From: a virus
Lineage: Duplodnaviria > Caudoviricetes
IMG/VR virus record: IMGVR_UViG_3300032608_000364
Location: 1 to 36,153 of that record
Strand: one strand, 5' to 3'
Length of the DNA: 36,153 bases
Below, one piece after another: positions 1 through 8,949 of this stretch. Positions within the stretch are counted from its first letter, which is position 1. Each line of letters starts with the position of its first letter. Under the pieces are notes generated by a model, which worked only from the letters and a program-made list of their open reading frames with translations, did no database searches and was not told where the DNA came from. Both the position numbers and the translations under genes were made by a program.

Positions 1-647
1 AAGAATTGAGTATAAATCTTCTCGTCAGTGAGAGGCAATCCTATCGCTATCTTTCTACGCCCCATTTCAACCTTACGTTTAAAGAATAATTTCATGTCAT
101 GTCGTTTGTTTTCATCTGAATAAATGCGGTCATAATCTCTATCAGTAATTCCATTAATGACAGGATTATCATTTTCAATTTTTGCATCTTCAGCCCATAC
201 ATATCTGCCCAATTCAATACAACGTTCTGTTAATTCATTATCGCAACGTAGATGCTTATATCCTGTATGAAAGAATTCACCATCAAGAAATGGTAATAAT
301 TTTTTACTTGCCAGCCAGTGAGTAGCTAATTTATTACCATCATGATGATTGTCGTTTAACCCAACTAATCCCCATCCCTCCGGCAATGTAGCCATAGCAT
401 CAAGGGCCGCTTTTAAGAAGCCAACTTGTGGAATGACATCATCACCAATAAAACAAACCAATTCGTATTGTGCTTTTTCAACAAGCCGTTTAACCATCTG
501 AGGACAACCTATTCTATCATGGTCAACTTCTGTTACAATCTCGTAATTCTCAGATGGTATTCCAGCATGGCGTTCAATAACAGATATACAACGCTTGGCC
601 TTTTCTTCTCGAACAATGGGAATTATAATTGAGACTTTGTTATCCAT
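1..647 (-). CDS. Glycosyltransferase family 2 (GT-A) protein, runs off the left edge of the window
   Basis: Not in the ORF track. ATG at 647 reads MDNKVSIIIPIVRE...ELVCFIGDDVIP...; VSIIIP and the GDD (DxD-like) motif are typical of GT2; open to position 3. Confidence 0.75.
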   Translation of the reverse strand, partial: MDNKVSIIIPIVREEKAKRCISVIERHAGIPSENYEIVTEVDHDRIGCPQMVKRLVEKAQYELVCFIGDDVIPQVGFLKAALDAMATLPEGWGLVGLNDNHHDGNKLATHWLASKKLLPFLDGEFFHTGYKHLRCDNELTERCIELGRYVWAEDAKIENDNPVINGITDRDYDRIYSDENKRHDMKLFFKRKVEMGRRKIAIGLPLTDEKIYTQF

Positions 648-1194
648 TCTTTACAGCCTTACACCAAATATCACTCTTTGATTTGCCTTCAACAATTTCA
701 CCTTCATCTAATTCACCAGAAGCAAGTCGTCTATCTAATTGGGGAGTTCTTGCAGTAACTTCTCTACATTCTAATATTGTAAAGGCCACCTCAGTGAGAT
801 ATCTTTTTAGAATATCAAGAGTAAAAAGGTTGTGATGATAATATTCAGGCCCTCTTGTTACAGACCCTAAGATTCCAACCAATATATCAGGATTTGAATA
901 CCTTTGTTCATCTGTAGCATCAAGCCATTTCTGAATCCAAAAAAGCGCATTTGGGCATCGTATAGTTAGAGTGCCACCAGACTTTAGAATATGATACCAA
1001 TTCAGCAATGCTTCCTTGAATTCTTGTGGCAATAAATGTTCAACAGTATGACTTGTATAAATTTCATCAACATTATTGTAGCCTGATAAAGATACAATAT
1101 CAGCTTTTACATCAGCATGGTCATTATACTTATCTATATTAATCCAATTAGGCAACCTCTTAATGCCACATCCAAGATGTAATTTAATACTCAT
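640..1194 (-). CDS. Class I SAM-dependent methyltransferase (Methyltransf_11-like)
   Basis: KLHLGCG...WINIDK...DEIYTSHTVEHL...ILKSGGTL motifs. Confidence 0.85.
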   Translation of the reverse strand: MSIKLHLGCGIKRLPNWINIDKYNDHADVKADIVSLSGYNNVDEIYTSHTVEHLLPQEFKEALLNWYHILKSGGTLTIRCPNALFWIQKWLDATDEQRYSNPDILVGILGSVTRGPEYYHHNLFTLDILKRYLTEVAFTILECREVTARTPQLDRRLASGELDEGEIVEGKSKSDIWCKAVKNG

Positions 1195-3323
1195 ATTTCA
1201 ATACCTTTCTGTAAAGTTAAAATCATAGCTTTCTGTCCTGGCGTGACAGTAAGATATTCCCCAGGTTTATGACCTCTCCATTCAGATGTTAATTTTATAT
1301 TTCCCCCTGTGGCAGTTGCCTTGTACCCAGGACTACTAATCGGGAAAATTGCTTTATAACCAGGCCCACTGAATAATTTACCTTCATTTTTGATTCTATA
1401 AGCATGGTAAACATATAAGCCCTTCATGACATATCTTTTGTATCCAGCCTTATCAATTTTATAAGAATAATCATTATCAACCCCATAAAAACCATCTATA
1501 ACGCCTCCAACATCTTTCCATGCTCTCTTATGGGTTAGTATAAATAACCCACTGAACGGTGGTTCTGATGGAGGGATTTCTTCTAATGTAATATCGAATT
1601 CGTTCCATGCTTGTTCTGCAAACCTAAAATGTTCTTGAATATCATCTGTATCATTAGGGATAGAATAACTTTGCATAGGATTTCCTATCCTATTAGTAAC
1701 ACAAGTTATAAAACCAGCATCATGACCAACCTCCCTTATTGCTTGTTGGCAAATTTCATACCATTGAGGGTTACACCTAACAAGAATATCATGATCTAAT
1801 AATAACGCCCAATCTTCTACTGTTTCCATTGCCCTATTATATGCTTTTCCGAGATGTGGTCCAGGCTCATAAGGTATCCTTACATCAATAAAAGGATCAG
1901 ATTGACTTATAATATTTTTATCAATAGTTTCTGTTTGATGTGCATTTAACGTATGTATTTTAGTCCAATCACTTGATTCAATTTCGCTTATAGGATAATC
2001 TTTAAACACTACAGGGAAACTAAGTTGATCTCTTCTGCTAAATTTATATACATATTTCCACCATGTTTCACTTAAAGCGATTAATTGTTCATCTTTGTGT
2101 GCCCTTGCTATTATTCCAGTAGCATATAGACCAGCATTTTCAGGATATTCTTCATCACGATATGTATTAAGTTGTTTCTCGATTATATCAGGATCGTCTT
2201 TAGGTATTTTTTGACACATCTTGCCTTCAGCATAAATACAATCCCTTGCATAATGTTTCATTAATGCAATAGTTTTATCATTCAGTGAGGCTTTAACGTC
2301 TGGTATAATCTTAATAGTCATATTTCCATCAACCCATAGACTGTAATCGTATTCATCTAAAAATCTATGAGGACAGATTTTCACTAACCTCGCCGATCTA
2401 ACTGGATCTCCATAAACCAAAGGCTTCATTAGTCTGATCTGCCAAATATTAGATGACAATTTAGGGTTATCCGTAAAGCAGATATAATCAATATCTTTAC
2501 TATATACAGTTGGATCTTTCAATTCATCATACTTACCAAATATAGCAGTATAAATAACGGTATTATTCTTTTTGCTATCTATAAAAAATTCATTAACTTC
2601 TTTGCCCTTCATTTTCCAACAAGTTCTTGTCTTAAACCTATTATCTATTGGGTCAACAATACTTCCAAAATCAAGACAATGAACATCAGCATCTAAGTTC
2701 CATAACCGCTTTGCAATTACACGAGATGCCTGTCCTGTACAGGCCAGCACTACCTTAATATTTTTATAGTTCTGCTCTATCTCAGGCCACCATTCATCTA
2801 TTGTGCCATAAGAGTTTGTCGAAGGTGTCTCTACATATACGTCTATCTTGCCAAAGAACTTTTCCATGTTCTCTTGGCTACAACAACCGATGAACATTTT
2901 GGGCTGGTCTTTAATGTACTTTGTGATGAAATGCCTCAATATCATCGGTTTGAATACGCCTAAATAATGGAAAAGAACGGGACTAAAAAACGTTCCTGTA
3001 TCTGTCCGCTGCTCTAATATTTTGTTCAAATCGTCTTTATTGGAAAATGAAGCGAATAAACCATCTACCATCCCAGGTTCGGTTTCATATATACCACTAA
3101 CGCCCCTCATATATAGCGGGTCGTCTATCCGCAGGCCTTCACGTAACTCCAGCATAAGTTTGGGCGTACTAACTATTCTATCTTGCCCAAGAGGCCTCTT
3201 ATACTCAATATCTTCAGTTAAAAGAATATCCACATCACCAAAACGTACATAATATGCTTTAGGAGATGAGTCTAAAACAGATTCTAATTGCGCTAATGAT
3301 TTAGTTGTAGTTAATATTTTCAT
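1191..3323 (-). CDS. Multidomain glycosyltransferase (GT-D-like + DUF616-like + GT2-like)
   Basis: YVRFGD and LDFGSIVD (GT-D-like); VIYTAIFGKYDEL...YICFTDN...WVDGN...RDQLSF (DUF616-like); LLLDHD...FSGLF...FYGVDND (GT-A). Confidence 0.75.
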   Translation of the reverse strand: MKILTTTKSLAQLESVLDSSPKAYYVRFGDVDILLTEDIEYKRPLGQDRIVSTPKLMLELREGLRIDDPLYMRGVSGIYETEPGMVDGLFASFSNKDDLNKILEQRTDTGTFFSPVLFHYLGVFKPMILRHFITKYIKDQPKMFIGCCSQENMEKFFGKIDVYVETPSTNSYGTIDEWWPEIEQNYKNIKVVLACTGQASRVIAKRLWNLDADVHCLDFGSIVDPIDNRFKTRTCWKMKGKEVNEFFIDSKKNNTVIYTAIFGKYDELKDPTVYSKDIDYICFTDNPKLSSNIWQIRLMKPLVYGDPVRSARLVKICPHRFLDEYDYSLWVDGNMTIKIIPDVKASLNDKTIALMKHYARDCIYAEGKMCQKIPKDDPDIIEKQLNTYRDEEYPENAGLYATGIIARAHKDEQLIALSETWWKYVYKFSRRDQLSFPVVFKDYPISEIESSDWTKIHTLNAHQTETIDKNIISQSDPFIDVRIPYEPGPHLGKAYNRAMETVEDWALLLDHDILVRCNPQWYEICQQAIREVGHDAGFITCVTNRIGNPMQSYSIPNDTDDIQEHFRFAEQAWNEFDITLEEIPPSEPPFSGLFILTHKRAWKDVGGVIDGFYGVDNDYSYKIDKAGYKRYVMKGLYVYHAYRIKNEGKLFSGPGYKAIFPISSPGYKATATGGNIKLTSEWRGHKPGEYLTVTPGQKAMILTLQKGIEI

Positions 3324-3832
3324 ATTATATCTTTTATAAACAAAAAATCACCTGTTAAAGAAGCATAATAATCAAATCGTTCTTCCAGTCCGTCTACCAG
3401 TGCCCCCATGTGCCCCTGAATTCGCCTGGGGTTATTATTGAGGTAAACTCGGAGTCCATGAGGCCATCTTTCTTGGTGGCGTATAATATCTCCTACCCAA
3501 TAATTTCTCTCCAAGAGTGCATCATAAGTCGCATTAGATATTCTATAACCAGGTGCTTTAAATCCTTTCGTTAATTCAAGCGGTTCAATTTTATCTAAAC
3601 ATTCAAGGGCTTCCTGCTTTGTCCAAAATTCACACTCCGGCCCATCATGAAGCCAGCCATGTGGGATCATATCAATCCAGGGTATGTTTTTAATTTCCTT
3701 TATCCAGTCCGGTGAACACTTTCCAAGAATAGTAAATAAATTCACCCTTAACTGTGATACTTTATTTTTCAACTCAAACAATAAATCATACCTTGGACAA
3801 CCTTCATGAAAATCGTCAAAGCTCAGGATCAT
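3320..3832 (-). CDS. Polysaccharide deacetylase-like protein
   Basis: LSFDD, HGWLH and GFKAPGY motifs of the CE4/NodB-like fold. Confidence 0.7.
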   Translation of the reverse strand: MILSFDDFHEGCPRYDLLFELKNKVSQLRVNLFTILGKCSPDWIKEIKNIPWIDMIPHGWLHDGPECEFWTKQEALECLDKIEPLELTKGFKAPGYRISNATYDALLERNYWVGDIIRHQERWPHGLRVYLNNNPRRIQGHMGALVDGLEERFDYYASLTGDFLFIKDII

Positions 3833-4266
3833 TTTACTTTCACTCCCCTCGTGAAACCCAACGAATCATAGAACGGCCATAAAAATTGTTTTGATGTAAT
3901 TGCTATCACGGTATTTACACCCCTTGCCTTCATCATAATAAAACTTTTAAGCATCAAATATTTATAAAATCCTTTCCCCCTATGCCCTTCTTCACAGAAG
4001 GCTACATGAGGTTCTCCTGTGCCTGCCTCGACTGTAAAGAAAGAAGTGGCAATAACTCCAGCGTTATAAATAATGAAAAGTACATGAGAACCTTTTTTCA
4101 CGTCCCACTTTCGCCCTAATAAGGTTTCCCATTGGGATCTATACTCTATCGGAACATCTGCTTCATCGAAGGATATGAATTCATATCCCTCTGGAATAAC
4201 TGGAGGCATTATGTCCAGGTCATCCATATCAACCCCTAAATGGTTCCAATATTTATTTGACTGCAT
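3829..4266 (-). CDS. GNAT family acetyltransferase
   Basis: HRGKGFYK acetyl-CoA motif and FYDSLGF; start moved to ATG 4266 to reduce overlap with the upstream gene. Confidence 0.75.
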   Translation of the reverse strand: MQSNKYWNHLGVDMDDLDIMPPVIPEGYEFISFDEADVPIEYRSQWETLLGRKWDVKKGSHVLFIIYNAGVIATSFFTVEAGTGEPHVAFCEEGHRGKGFYKYLMLKSFIMMKARGVNTVIAITSKQFLWPFYDSLGFTRGVKVK

Positions 4267-4705
4267 ATAATTCGCCCTTAGTATGGATAACTTTGTTTTG
4301 TTCATAAGAACTGTTTATTACGTCCTGTAAATGGCCTTTGAATTTAGCTTTAATTCCATAAAGGTTTCTATGTGCATCATCCATATAATAAAGCCAACTA
4401 TTGATATTCCAGAATGATAAGTGGTGAGGGTCCATAAATGCGCCACGACCATCTGCCGAAGGAACAAATACAGACAGCCTACCTTCTGGTTTTAAAACTC
4501 TATATATTTCCTCAATCGCCTCAACTGTTTTACCTAAATGAATATGCTCTAAAACATCAAATGCCATAACAGCATCAAGACAGTTATCTTTAAAAGGCAA
4601 CCCTTCCTCAATATTACATATTATATCAGGATTAACCTCTGGTCTAATGTCAAGATTGATATGGTCAGATTGTGGCCTAAATCCACTACCTAAATTTAAT
4701 TTCAT
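4253..4705 (-). CDS. Class I SAM-dependent methyltransferase (Methyltransf_11-like)
   Basis: LNLGSG...LPFKDN...VLEHI...EIYRVLKPEG...DPHH. Confidence 0.85.
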   Translation of the reverse strand: MKLNLGSGFRPQSDHINLDIRPEVNPDIICNIEEGLPFKDNCLDAVMAFDVLEHIHLGKTVEAIEEIYRVLKPEGRLSVFVPSADGRGAFMDPHHLSFWNINSWLYYMDDAHRNLYGIKAKFKGHLQDVINSSYEQNKVIHTKGELYAVK

Positions 4706-4827
4706 TTTGTCGAACTACCCATAGCCACTATACGCTCTTCAAGTGCAAGTATAAGGCTATCTATCCAGAAGTCCTTATCCTTTTTAAATTTCTCTAATTT
4801 GTTTCGGAACCAATCTTCTGTTTTCAT
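4702..4827 (-). CDS. Small hypothetical protein (41 aa)
   Basis: MKTEDWFRNKLEKF...; AAGGTGG upstream; stop overlaps the next ATG (ATGA). Confidence 0.5.
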   Translation of the reverse strand: MKTEDWFRNKLEKFKKDKDFWIDSLILALEERIVAMGSSTK

Positions 4828-4836
4828 TTATCCACC

Positions 4837-5142
4837 TTATATGCTTTTCCTCTTGGTTTTCCGTGGTTTGTATTTTCTTTTAGGCTTTTTAACTTTAGGC
4901 TCAATAATTATGACTTCTGGCCCATCGACTGATAGATTGTTATACCAATCATTAGTTTCCTGTACTTCCGGTTCCTCTATAATAGGCTCAACCACTTCAG
5001 GTTCTTTAACAATAGGCTCAGGCTCTTTATATTCAATACCCTTGCATAATGTTATAAGCAGAGTCTTTTGACCAGGAGTTACATCAATGATTTCCCTGGC
5101 CTTATACCATCTCCAATTTTCTGTAAGCATTATTTTTGCCAT
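4837..5142 (-). CDS. Hypothetical protein: ~35-aa N-terminal module, EP-rich linker, basic tail
   Basis: ATG 5142 after GGAG; N-terminus is similar to the C-terminus of the 710-aa glycosyltransferase. Confidence 0.65.
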   Translation of the reverse strand: MAKIMLTENWRWYKAREIIDVTPGQKTLLITLCKGIEYKEPEPIVKEPEVVEPIIEEPEVQETNDWYNNLSVDGPEVIIIEPKVKKPKRKYKPRKTKRKSI

Positions 5143-5144
5143 TT

Positions 5145-5552
5145 TTATTTCTCCAATAATACGGTATATTCTACTGGTTGATGCCAAACACCATCCTCTG
5201 CATCCCTCATTAATGGTAGTACAAAACTACGCTCAAACTTTAAACCAGAATAACCAGTAATTGATATAATATGATCATCAAAATATGCAGATAGATATGT
5301 ATAGATATTTAGTGCTTCAGTAGACGAAGGACTACTTGAAAATATAGAGAATTGAAGCGTGAAAGTCTCATGTATCATATCACCAAACCAATATTCCGGT
5401 ATCTCTGACACCATGCTATAAACAATATATGGTAGTGTAGCGCCTTGTGGAGCTTCGGTTAAATAGAACCGCCCACCAACCGAAGTGTAAAGGCTGCCTG
5501 CGCTACCCGCTGCAAAGTATGTGTATATTGCTGTGAATAATAGTTTAATCAT
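5145..5552 (-). CDS. Tail completion/terminator protein (DUF3168, gp17-like)
   Basis: GRFYLTEAPQGATLPYIVY...LQFSIF; follows the gp10-like gene. Confidence 0.75.
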   Translation of the reverse strand: MIKLLFTAIYTYFAAGSAGSLYTSVGGRFYLTEAPQGATLPYIVYSMVSEIPEYWFGDMIHETFTLQFSIFSSSPSSTEALNIYTYLSAYFDDHIISITGYSGLKFERSFVLPLMRDAEDGVWHQPVEYTVLLEK

Positions 5553-5911
5553 CTTTCGTATTTAGCAAAAGCTCGGTCATATTCTATGGGCAATTCTGCT
5601 TTATGCTTATCCTTAGCTGGCCTCATAAATGGTTGTGCAGCCATGTGTCTTGTTTTGTGCAACCCCATCTCAACATGACTTGCGTAATACCTACCAGCCG
5701 ATTTATCACCATAAGCAATTACTCTATAGCCTCCCTCCTTACCTCCTATCTTTTTGACTTCAATACTATTCGCTAATGCACCAGTCTTTTTAGGGCAACG
5801 AGACTTTGCACTGGCAGCTATCTTTTCAGCAACTACCTTACATGCTGTATCATTTGCACCAGTAACAGCCGCTTCCAAAGGATAATCATTCCATATAATT
5901 GTCGGTTGCAT
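5549..5911 (-). CDS. HK97 gp10-family neck protein
   Basis: AKSRCPKKTGALANSI...YASHVEMG...MAAQPFMRPA. Confidence 0.85.
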   Translation of the reverse strand: MQPTIIWNDYPLEAAVTGANDTACKVVAEKIAASAKSRCPKKTGALANSIEVKKIGGKEGGYRVIAYGDKSAGRYYASHVEMGLHKTRHMAAQPFMRPAKDKHKAELPIEYDRAFAKYER

Positions 5912-6249
5912 TAAATTTCTTCCTCTGCTAAAAACTCCAGCGTAATATTTTTTTCATCATTGTTAATTATACTTCTGATATTGAAATACCTTGCACCAGC
6001 CGGATCATTAAATTTAATTCTCATGGCAGCCGTTACACCAGTTCGATATCTAATGCGAATACGATGAGTGATCTGTAGCTCCAGTTTAGCAGCTTCGAGG
6101 CGTTCAGTGGAACGTAGGGGCCATATACTTGCTCGTATGCCAGAACCGTCTGAAATTGCTGTAAAAACAATAGTTTCGCCGCCCATTCCATCAGATGTTG
6201 CTTTCCCAGATTCAATATCTATGCTATGCCGAAGCGATCCCGATCGCAT
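5911..6249 (-). CDS. Head closure protein (SPP1 gp16-like)
   Basis: MRSGSLRHSIDI...DGMGG...THRIRIRYR...MRI...FNIRSI. Confidence 0.85.
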   Translation of the reverse strand: MRSGSLRHSIDIESGKATSDGMGGETIVFTAISDGSGIRASIWPLRSTERLEAAKLELQITHRIRIRYRTGVTAAMRIKFNDPAGARYFNIRSIINNDEKNITLEFLAEEEI

Positions 6250-7291
6250 AATCCATCTCTCCCCTATGAGTATTTAAATGACAAGCTCGACATAAAGTAA
6301 TTCCATTACTAATATCAAACCTTAATTCAGGATAATCTTTAAATGCTTCGATATGATGGGCAATGATATTTCCTTTTTCACAATGTATCCCACATTCCTG
6401 GCACGTCCAATAATCTTTCACATAGACTTGGTTTCGCCATATTTTGTATTTATCATCTTTACGTAATTTATCATATATAGAAGAAAGACCACCTTTCCAG
6501 TTTGGATGGTCTACTCCCATATTTTCACCCTTTCTAAATTCAGTAGCTATACTATAATGTACTCCTTTTTTGAATTCAGTATGTGGTGCAATCCTAACAC
6601 CTTTCCTTGCTTTATGGACACATTTCCTCGAACAATATTTCTGGTTCTTGAAACTCAATTGAACAGTAAATATTTTCCCACAAGTTTCACATACCTTATT
6701 CATTCTATTTGATTCATTATAACATTTCCTCGAACAATATTTTTGTGTACCACCTTTAGAGATAAATTCCTTTCCACATTCTTGACATTTATATCCTGCC
6801 CATTTACTTATATGTCCTCGTTTCAATGTAGGGATATTATATTGTTTCAATAATCTACTAACAGAGTTAACACCAATATTTAATTCAATAGCACATTTAG
6901 CAATGGTCGATTTCTGTTCTACATATAATTCATTAAGTTTCTCTTTACTTATTTTGTCTATCAGCCTTATTGGTGGTAGTTTTTTTATAACAGGAATACG
7001 AGGCTTCCTTATAGCGACTGGACACCTACATGCTTTACTACAATATATTTGATTCCAACTTTTTATCAGGAATGCCTTATTGCATCTTTTACATAATATT
7101 TCAATTTCAAGCCTACAATATTTTGGAGTATTATTCCATCTCTCACGTCTTGACCTCACAATTCTACGACATGGTGTGCAATATATCTGTTTATATCCAC
7201 CAGTAAATGTTCCACCACATTCTTTACAAGTGAAAATACATTTTCTTGCTTGACTTTTCCTCGGAACTTCTATAAAGTTTGATTCAGCCAT
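6224..7291 (-). CDS. Free-standing HNH endonuclease with repeated CxxC...YCSxxC modules
   Basis: C-terminal TCQECG...AHHIEAF...NGITLCRACH and HPNWKGG; likely start ATG 7291 (or 7300) after GGAG. Confidence 0.85.
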   Translation of the reverse strand: MAESNFIEVPRKSQARKCIFTCKECGGTFTGGYKQIYCTPCRRIVRSRRERWNNTPKYCRLEIEILCKRCNKAFLIKSWNQIYCSKACRCPVAIRKPRIPVIKKLPPIRLIDKISKEKLNELYVEQKSTIAKCAIELNIGVNSVSRLLKQYNIPTLKRGHISKWAGYKCQECGKEFISKGGTQKYCSRKCYNESNRMNKVCETCGKIFTVQLSFKNQKYCSRKCVHKARKGVRIAPHTEFKKGVHYSIATEFRKGENMGVDHPNWKGGLSSIYDKLRKDDKYKIWRNQVYVKDYWTCQECGIHCEKGNIIAHHIEAFKDYPELRFDISNGITLCRACHLNTHRGEMDYAIGIASA

Positions 7292-7298
7292 GACACTC

Positions 7299-7394
7299 AT
7301 CTCCGTGTTAGATGGGTTATTGGTTAGAAATGGCATGGGGTTCACGCCCTGTGCCATTTCGTTATATTGTAATATATTCGCTAACATAAGTCAA
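7299..7394 (-). promoter_or_regulatory. Sigma70-type promoter + hairpin + RBS cassette, copy 1
   Basis: TTGACT-N17-TACAAT, AAATGGCA...TGCCATTT stem, then GGAGAT; near-identical copy at 27608-27703. Confidence 0.7.
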
Positions 7395-7484
7395 CTCTTT
7401 TCTTTCAGTTTCAAAATACTCTTGGGTAACCTCATTATAGGCTCTAATATTCAATCTAAGTGCCCTAATCGCCACCAGGTTGCG

Positions 7485-8288
7485 TTAGAATCCCCAGAGG
7501 CGATATGGGTATAACAAATTATCAACTGTCTTCAGTGATGTCGTAACTGTCATACCGACAATATTTTCTTCTCGATTCTCGTATAAGTCTGAAACTAAAA
7601 TTTTAATCGCCTGCCTAATAGCTTCCGGTACGCTGATTTCAGTTGATGTCCCCAAGCTCGTATAGGCCGCATTTCCTGCTGATCCCAGGAGCTTGAACGT
7701 ATCAAGATCGACCTTTTCAATCACCCAAGTTCCGTTTGCGTTTGTATTGCCTCCAACATCAATGACAACAACCCTATCGCCTGATACATATAAATGCCCT
7801 ACAATCGTAATAACAATCGGCGTAGCATTAGTGGCCCCTGTAATATCTTGCGGAGTATGCGCACCATATCCACATACGAATTGAGTTTCGATTGGATTTT
7901 CTGCGGCCAATGTATCACCAGGCCAGACCTCGCCATATTTTAAAACCACTCTCCCAGGATCGCTGTCAGTATCAGAAGTCCATTCGTCGTCTTCATCAAA
8001 AGTCGTCTGTACCGTGTCATCTGAATCTGTGAATTTAACATGCGTGACTGATCGTAATTGACCGTAAGGCAATTCAAAATAGTTGCCATCAGGCCAATTA
8101 TCCATGAACAATTTCCAGGTCTGAGTTATCAATTTACGCCTTAGAACTTCTTCAACGTAAGCTGTAGCCGCTATGATTAGACCTTGGATATAACCGTCAT
8201 CTAATGTGACAGTAACTCTCATGTGATCCTTTGCCTCGTCCAGGGACACGGGTAATTGTGCAGGCGCCGTTACGATTGTGGTTTTCAT
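7485..8288 (-). CDS. Head-tail connector (gp6/gp15-like) with an inserted beta-rich domain
   Basis: PVSLDEAKDHMRV...LITQTW...VPEAIRQAIKILVSDLYENRE...LLYPYR; about 70 extra aa after FVCGYG. Confidence 0.85.
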   Translation of the reverse strand: MKTTIVTAPAQLPVSLDEAKDHMRVTVTLDDGYIQGLIIAATAYVEEVLRRKLITQTWKLFMDNWPDGNYFELPYGQLRSVTHVKFTDSDDTVQTTFDEDDEWTSDTDSDPGRVVLKYGEVWPGDTLAAENPIETQFVCGYGAHTPQDITGATNATPIVITIVGHLYVSGDRVVVIDVGGNTNANGTWVIEKVDLDTFKLLGSAGNAAYTSLGTSTEISVPEAIRQAIKILVSDLYENREENIVGMTVTTSLKTVDNLLYPYRLWGF

Positions 8289-8298
8289 AAGTTATCCT

Positions 8299-8937
8299 TT
8301 AATATGCTGCTGTAACCGTTACCTCACGAGCAAGCGGTTTATATCTCATATTGATTGTCCATGTGCCAGTAGTCGAACCAGTGCCTATCGTTAAGCCTAT
8401 AATACCAACCGGCACTACAATCTTTCCAGCTTGCGATATGGCTGTTCCTGTTGTCGTGATGACTGCACCAGTCGCTAATGTACCAGTTATGTTTACAATA
8501 TTTCCAGCCGCTAAGCTTGCTAAAGTACCTGAAGCAGCACATAAATCAGTAGCCGCTCCATCTGTGGGATCTGCATAGAATAACAATGTCGAAGCAGTCG
8601 CATCATTTCCAGTAACACAAACAGCCAGTATATTTAAAAGCTCAATCGGCCCACCGGCAATCGTGAAGACTGTTAAGGCATTTGACATAACCGCAGCACC
8701 TGTCGCTACCGCTTTCTCTCCTTGATCGTATGCTTCCCTTAATACTTCGACCATTGATATACCGGCTGCCGGTAATGCTGATGCAGGGAAAGACGTTGGA
8801 ATACCGTTTGCACCGGCAAGGATATCATACAAGGAAACATTGCTTGGTAGTTTTGTGCCAGTAACAAAGTCTCCGTCGCCATCAACAAGATACTGACTTA
8901 ATTGGTCTACTCTATCTCTATCTTTAATGTTTGACAT
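8299..8937 (-). CDS. Putative virion structural protein
   Basis: A/G/T-rich, beta-type composition; lies in the head gene block. Confidence 0.5.
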   Translation of the reverse strand: MSNIKDRDRVDQLSQYLVDGDGDFVTGTKLPSNVSLYDILAGANGIPTSFPASALPAAGISMVEVLREAYDQGEKAVATGAAVMSNALTVFTIAGGPIELLNILAVCVTGNDATASTLLFYADPTDGAATDLCAASGTLASLAAGNIVNITGTLATGAVITTTGTAISQAGKIVVPVGIIGLTIGTGSTTGTWTINMRYKPLAREVTVTAAY

Positions 8938-8949
8938 TAGATTCTCCTT

